A program made the position numbers and the translations under genes. From the NCBI GenBank assembly GCA_963838485.1, contig CAWIRY010000115.1, forward strand, positions 2,323-66,322: DNA of 64,000 nt. Direction: 5' to 3'. Source of the DNA: an uncultured delta proteobacterium (GTDB taxonomy: Bacteria > Desulfobacterota > RBG-13-43-22). The stretch's first letter is position 1. Every line of letters begins with the position of its first letter. Positions 58,334 through 64,000 of the stretch are shown piece by piece. The notes below the pieces were generated by a model, which ran no database searches, was not told the origin of the DNA, and was given only the letters and a program-made list of their open reading frames with translations.

Positions 58334-59239
58334 GTGGATAAGATCCGTCAAATCATCGAAGAATTTCTAAAACAAAATGAGGCCGAAAGAAGGTTGGCCC
58401 TTCATTCCCTGCGGGGGTATCGCCAGGATTTGGAGGAGTTTTTGAAATATCTCACCCTTCAGGGGGTAGAGGATCTTGGGCAATTAGATCTGCCTTTGTT
58501 AAGGGGTTTTCTAAGCGCGCTGCACAAGAAAAATAAAAAAAGCACGGTGGCCCGAAAAATGGCCGCCCTTCGGTCCTGTTTTGGTTATGCCCAGAAGAAG
58601 GGATGGGTTCTGGAAAACCCGGTAGCCCATGTTCGAACGCCCAAGATCGAAAAAACGATTCCTCCTTTTCTGACGGAAAAAGAGGTGGAGCACTTGCTGC
58701 AAGAGCCGATTGCCGATTCCTGGTTGGAGCTTCGCGACCAGGCTTTCTTGGAGCTCTTTTATGCCTCCGGGTTGCGGTTGAGTGAATTAACCCATCTGAA
58801 CTGGAGTTCCCTGGATCTTTCCCTGGGTCTGGTCCGGGTCCTCGGAAAGGGGGGGAAGGAAAGGATTGTCCCGGTGGGACGGAAGGCCATCGGGGCCTTA
58901 AGCCAATATTACCAGGCCTTGATGCAGGCACAAAAAAGATCGGAATTTAAGATCAACGACCCTCAGGCCGTGTTTTTGAACCGGTCCGGGGAAAGGGTCA
59001 GCGATCGGACTGTAGCCCGCAGAATGAAAAAACGGGTTGTAGGGGTAGATTTGTCACCCACCATCAGCCCCCATGCCCTGCGTCACAGCTTTGCCACGCA
59101 CTTATTGAATGCCGGGGCCGACCTGCGGGTCGTCCAGGAAATGTTGGGACATACCTCCCTGTCCACAACCCAGAAATACACTCATGTCAGCATGAGTCAT
59201 TTGCTTGAAGTCTATCGAAAGGCCCATCCAAGGGGGTAA
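58334..59239 (+). CDS. xerC: Tyrosine recombinase XerC/XerD.
   Basis: 301 aa with the R..HxxR..Y catalytic motifs ([10 protein letters not shown]...TQKYTHV). Located upstream of hslVU. GTG start. Confidence 0.85.
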   Translation: MDKIRQIIEEFLKQNEAERRLALHSLRGYRQDLEEFLKYLTLQGVEDLGQLDLPLLRGFLSALHKKNKKSTVARKMAALRSCFGYAQKKGWVLENPVAHVRTPKIEKTIPPFLTEKEVEHLLQEPIADSWLELRDQAFLELFYASGLRLSELTHLNWSSLDLSLGLVRVLGKGGKERIVPVGRKAIGALSQYYQALMQAQKRSEFKINDPQAVFLNRSGERVSDRTVARRMKKRVVGVDLSPTISPHALRHSFATHLLNAGADLRVVQEMLGHTSLSTTQKYTHVSMSHLLEVYRKAHPRG

Positions 59240-59240
59240 G

Positions 59241-59768
59241 ATGTTTGAAGGAACAACCATATTGGCCCTGCGTCATCAGGGGAAGGTAGTCATTGCCGGT
59301 GACGGTCAGGTCACCATGGGACAGACGGTGATGAAACATCGGGCCAGGAAGATCCGGCGTCTGTATCATGATCAAATCCTGACCGGGTTTGCCGGCTCCA
59401 CCGCCGACGCCCTGACCCTGTTTGAAAGGCTGGAGGTCAAACTGGAACAGTTTAGCGGGAATTTGACCAGGGCGGCGGTGGAGATGGCCAAGGATTGGCG
59501 CACGGATAAGATCTTACGACGCCTGGAGGCCTTATTACTGGCGGCAGATAAGGACCATATATTGATATTGTCCGGAACCGGCGATGTCATGGAGCCGGAC
59601 GACGAGGTGGCGGCCATTGGTTCCGGCGGCCCTCTGGCCTTGTCGGCGGCTAAGGCCCTGTTGGGGTTTTCCACTCTTAGCCCAACGGACATTGCCCGGG
59701 AGGCCATGAAGATTGCCGCTTCCCTGTGCATTTACACCAACGAACAGATTGTTTTGGAGGAATTATAG
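59241..59768 (+). CDS. hslV: ATP-dependent protease subunit HslV.
   Basis: [27 protein letters not shown]..., with Thr near the N-terminus. Confidence 0.9.
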   Translation: MFEGTTILALRHQGKVVIAGDGQVTMGQTVMKHRARKIRRLYHDQILTGFAGSTADALTLFERLEVKLEQFSGNLTRAAVEMAKDWRTDKILRRLEALLLAADKDHILILSGTGDVMEPDDEVAAIGSGGPLALSAAKALLGFSTLSPTDIAREAMKIAASLCIYTNEQIVLEEL

Positions 59769-59769
59769 A

Positions 59770-61150
59770 TTGGTCGATAATTACTTAACACCCAGGGAGA
59801 TCGTCTCTGAACTGGATAAATATATCGTCGGGCAGGATGCGGCTAAACGAACGGTGGCCATTGCCTTGCGGAACCGCTGGCGAAGGCAGCAGGTTCCGGA
59901 AGCGATTCGGGATGAGATCGCCCCTAAAAATATTATCATGATCGGCCCCACCGGGGTGGGAAAGACAGAGATCTCCAGACGGCTGGCCCGATTGGCCCAA
60001 TCTCCTTTCCTCAAGGTGGAAGTGACCAAATTTACGGAAGTGGGCTATGTGGGAAGGGACGTGGAATCCATGGTTCGGGACTTGACCGAGCTGGCCATTA
60101 ATATGATCAAGGGAGAAGAAAAACAAAAGGTCATGTCCAAGGCCCGGGAAATCGCCGAAGAACGTTTATTGGACTTGTTGCTTCCCCCAAAGTCCGAGAC
60201 CTCCAAGCCCGAAGAACCGGCCGGGCAGGAAAAGATTCTGGAAGTGGTCCGAAAACCCATCAACGAACCTTTATCCACGCGGGAAAAGCTCAGGAGCCTT
60301 TTTCGAGAAGGAAAATTGGAAGAGCGTTACGTGGATATGGAAATATCCCAAAGGGTGGTTCCCTTGGTCGAGATCTTTTCCAATGTGGGGATGGAAGAGA
60401 TGGACCTCAACCTGAAGGACATGTTCGGTAATCTTTTTCCCAAAAAAACCAAGCGGCGCAAGGTCAAGGTCCCGGAGTCCTTTGAGATGCTGGTTCAGGA
60501 GGAGTCTCAGCGTCTGATTGATATGGACAAGGTGACCGAAGAGGCCATCCGCAAGGTGGAACAAACCGGGATCATCTTTTTAGACGAGATCGATAAAATC
60601 GCCGGGCGGGGTTCCAGCCAAGGTCCGGATGTCTCCCGAGAAGGGGTTCAGCGGGACCTCTTGCCCATTGTCGAAGGATCCCACGGTGACCACCAAATAC
60701 GGGATGGTTCGAACCGATCACATCCTGTTTATTGCTTCCGGGGCCTTTCATAATTCCAAGCCGTCCGATTTGATTCCGGAATTGCAGGGGCGGTTTCCCA
60801 TCCGGGTGGAATTGAATTCCCTGACTCAGGAAGACTTTATCCGTATTTTAACCGAGCCCCAGTCGGCCTTGACCACCCAATACTTGGAATTGATGAAAAC
60901 CGAAGGGATCACCTTAACTTTTTTATCCGAAGCCGTGGCTGAAATCGCCCGTATCGCCTATAATGTCAATCAAAGGACGGAAAATATCGGGGCCCGCAGG
61001 CTGCATACCATTATGGAGAGATTGTTGGACGATTTGTCTTTCGAAGCCCCGGACCAGGCCGAAAAAAGCTGCACCATTACGGCCGAATACGTCCGAAATA
61101 AACTGTCGGCCATTGAAGAGAATGAGGATCTGAGCCGGTATATCCTGTAG
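59770..61150 (+). CDS. hslU: ATP-dependent protease ATPase subunit HslU. Apparent 1-nt frameshift in a C-run near 60690.
   Basis: ...[18 protein letters not shown]...FLDEIDKIA...[13 protein letters not shown] | [22 protein letters not shown]... Confidence 0.85.
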
Positions 61151-61175
61151 AAAAGGTTCAAGGTGCAAGGTTTGA

Positions 61176-62144
<969 letters not shown>

Positions 62145-62186
62145 TAAGGGGAATCCTGTACCCCAAAGGCAGCGACGAAATAGGCA

Positions 62187-62265
62187 AGAGGATTCAAAGG
62201 GTCATGGGCCCGAGGATTCAAGTGAAAGGTCTGGAAATTAAAACCCTGGAATCCTTGAACCCTGG
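62187..62265. repeat. Second full copy of the GGATTCAAG / TTGAACCC intergenic repeat, between argB and argD.
   Basis: gaggattcaagtgaaagg...aaaaccctggaatccttgaaccc. Confidence 0.6.
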
Positions 62266-62279
62266 TTTCACACTCAGAG

Positions 62280-63497
62280 GTGGATATTTTGACGGAATCC
62301 CAAAAAAACATCGATCAGATTGTGCAACGGGCCAATAGGGTCCTGATGCACACCTATGCCCGAATCCCGGTAGCCTTGGTCAAAGGGCAGGGGTGCCGGG
62401 TTTGGGATCAGGACGGGCGTGTTTATCTGGATTTTTTGGCCGGTATCGCCGTAACGGCCTTAGGACATAGTCATCCAAGGGTCGTGGAAAGCCTGAAGGA
62501 CCAAGCGGAAAAGATTTTTCATACTTCCAACCTGTATCACATCGAACCCCAGATTGCCCTGGCCGAAAAACTCGTTGCCCATTCGTTTGCCGACCAGGTT
62601 TTTTTCTGCAACAGCGGCACCGAGGCCAACGAAGGGGCCATCAAGCTGGTCCGCCGGTATTCCCATGAAAAATTCGGGCCCGAGAAAACCACCATCCTCT
62701 GTATGAAAAACAGCTTTCATGGTCGGACCCTCGGATCTCTCTCGGCCACCGGTCAGGTGAAATTTCAAAAGGGCTTTGGACCCTTGGTTCCTGGTTTTTC
62801 CTTTGTGCCTTTTAATGATCTTCCGGCCTTGGACCGAAATTGGGACCATTCGGTTTGTGCGGTCATGATGGAACCCATCCAAGGCGAGGGGGGCGTTCGG
62901 GTCCCTGACCCGGACTATCTCAAAGAGGTAAAAAAAAGGTGTCAGGAGCGTCAGGCCTTATTGATCTTGGATGAGGTCCAGACCGGCTTGGGACGTACCG
63001 GGTCCTTGTTTGCCCATGAACAGTTTGGCGTCCAACCGGATATCATGACCCTGGCCAAGTCCTTGGGAAATGGTCTGCCTATCGGGGCCTTGCTGGCCAC
63101 CAAGGAGGTGGCCGGCGCTTTCCAGCCGGGGACCCATGCGGCTACCTTTGGCGGAAATCCCCTGGTAACGGCCGTGGCCCTGACGGTTCTGTCGATCATT
63201 TCAGAGGAAGGGTTCCTGTCCCGGGTGAAACAAACAGGGGCCTTTTTCAAGGATCGCCTGAATGAGTTAAAGGGGGAATTTACCCAGGTAATTGAGGTCC
63301 GGGGCATGGGTCTCCTCCTGGGTATGGCCTTGGACCGACCGGGAAAGCCTTATGTCGAGGCTTGTTTTGATAAGGGCTTATTAATCAATTGTACGCAAGA
63401 CACGATCCTGCGGTTTACGCCGCCTTTGGTTGTTGAAGAAGAAGACGTTGAGTCCTTGATCAAGGTCTTGAGGGAACTTTTGAAAAAGGGATTATAA
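62280..63497 (+). CDS. argD: Acetylornithine aminotransferase (class III PLP aminotransferase).
   Basis: 405 aa, ...LILDEVQTGLGRTGSLFAHEQFGVQPDIMTLAKSLGNG... Confidence 0.85.
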   Translation: MDILTESQKNIDQIVQRANRVLMHTYARIPVALVKGQGCRVWDQDGRVYLDFLAGIAVTALGHSHPRVVESLKDQAEKIFHTSNLYHIEPQIALAEKLVAHSFADQVFFCNSGTEANEGAIKLVRRYSHEKFGPEKTTILCMKNSFHGRTLGSLSATGQVKFQKGFGPLVPGFSFVPFNDLPALDRNWDHSVCAVMMEPIQGEGGVRVPDPDYLKEVKKRCQERQALLILDEVQTGLGRTGSLFAHEQFGVQPDIMTLAKSLGNGLPIGALLATKEVAGAFQPGTHAATFGGNPLVTAVALTVLSIISEEGFLSRVKQTGAFFKDRLNELKGEFTQVIEVRGMGLLLGMALDRPGKPYVEACFDKGLLINCTQDTILRFTPPLVVEEEDVESLIKVLRELLKKGL

Positions 63498-63575
63498 AAG
63501 ACAAGCCTGAAAGCCACAGACGGAAGAAAAGGGTGCCTCTCCCGAAATGAATGCTCATGAAGAAATGGTTGCCCT

Positions 63576-64000
63576 ATGAAAAGAGACTTTCTGAAATTAA
63601 GCGATCTGACGGCCATTGAAATCGAGTCCATCTGGAAAAGGTCCAGGGAATATAAGGAAGGCCGGGTTCAGGATTTGCCCTTAGATGGGAAGAATATCGG
63701 CCTCCTTTTTGAAAAACCTTCCACCAGGACCCGGCTTTCCTTTGAAGTGGCTATTGTTCAGACCGGGGGCTATCCCGTGTTTATTAGCAGCCGGGATACC
63801 CAGATGATCCGCAATGAACCCTTGAAGGATACGGCCCGGATCTTGTCCCGATACCTGAATGGCTTGGTGGTCCGCACCTTTGCCCAGAAGACCTTGGAGG
63901 ACCTTTCCCAATACGGCACTATCCCGGTCATCAATGCCTTGAGTGATCTTTACCATCCGGCCCAGATCCTGAGCGACTTATTTACGATTTGGGAAAGGAA
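63576..64000 (+). CDS. argF: Ornithine carbamoyltransferase (partial, N-terminal part).
   Basis: MKRDFLKLSDL...LLFEKPSTRTRLSFEVA... The STRTR carbamoyl-phosphate motif is present. The ORF runs off the window. Confidence 0.8.
   Translation, partial: MKRDFLKLSDLTAIEIESIWKRSREYKEGRVQDLPLDGKNIGLLFEKPSTRTRLSFEVAIVQTGGYPVFISSRDTQMIRNEPLKDTARILSRYLNGLVVRTFAQKTLEDLSQYGTIPVINALSDLYHPAQILSDLFTIWER

Overview
This 64-kb window looks like chromosomal DNA from an anaerobic, Sec-using deltaproteobacterium (Desulfobacterota-like; about 50% GC). It is dense with genes, and most of the first 51 kb is coded on the minus strand.

Main contents, in order:
- 1-9 kb: a partial sigma-54/PAS regulator, followed by two selenoprotein candidates. 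One is a DsrE-like protein with UxxC. The other is a 2-Cys peroxiredoxin with an in-frame TGA at the peroxidatic Cys. A MOSC protein, a DUF364 protein, a FabK-like enzyme, an FAD disulfide reductase, a radical SAM protein, a methyltransferase and a pyruvoyl arginine decarboxylase follow.
- 9.6-18.5 kb: a sigma-54-regulated cluster of uncharacterised Fe-S / metallocluster proteins. It holds four NifX/NafY-like domains (two free, one fused to a CDF exporter, one fused to Mrp/NBP35), two ferredoxin-inserted MinD ATPases, a NifU/IscU scaffold, a ferredoxin and three glycine-rich DUF5320-type or zinc-ribbon proteins. This is the most interesting unexplained system in the window.
- 18.6-21.1 kb: a split HdrE-Fd / HdrC / HdrB-like membrane oxidoreductase.
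- 21.2-36.3 kb: a 1.04-kb direct duplication at 21.2-22.3 kb and 35.3-36.3 kb brackets a TtrBCA-like molybdoenzyme with an FmdE-like gene, then cysE-metW-metX-metY and an XRE regulator with a Cys-rich tail. Each copy of the duplication carries the acr3 5' end, a thioredoxin_3-like ORF with a conserved in-frame TGA (candidate single-Sec protein), and a secreted Pro-rich protein.
- 34.4-44.9 kb: an arsenic / thiol-redox island with acr3, arsC, arsR, arsP, two CDF genes, an MFS transporter, CcdA and three thioredoxins.
- 47.5-51.6 kb: a radical SAM/SPASM gene with upstream micro-ORFs, and a tusA-dsrE-dsrF-dsrH-like cluster whose dsrF is split by an IS3-family element.
- 51.8-64 kb (plus strand): uvrD-family helicase, folC, lptD, xerC-hslVU, argB, argD, argF.

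Two recurring oddities are visible. Several genes show 1-nt frameshifts, mostly in homopolymers (Mrp, a sigma-54 regulator, hslU, metY twice, a DUF5320 gene); the second thioredoxin_3-like copy also carries a 1-nt frameshift (a C inserted before a T-run). A family of short GGTTCAAGG-type repeats sits in intergenic gaps.

No rRNA, tRNA or CRISPR array was recognised.
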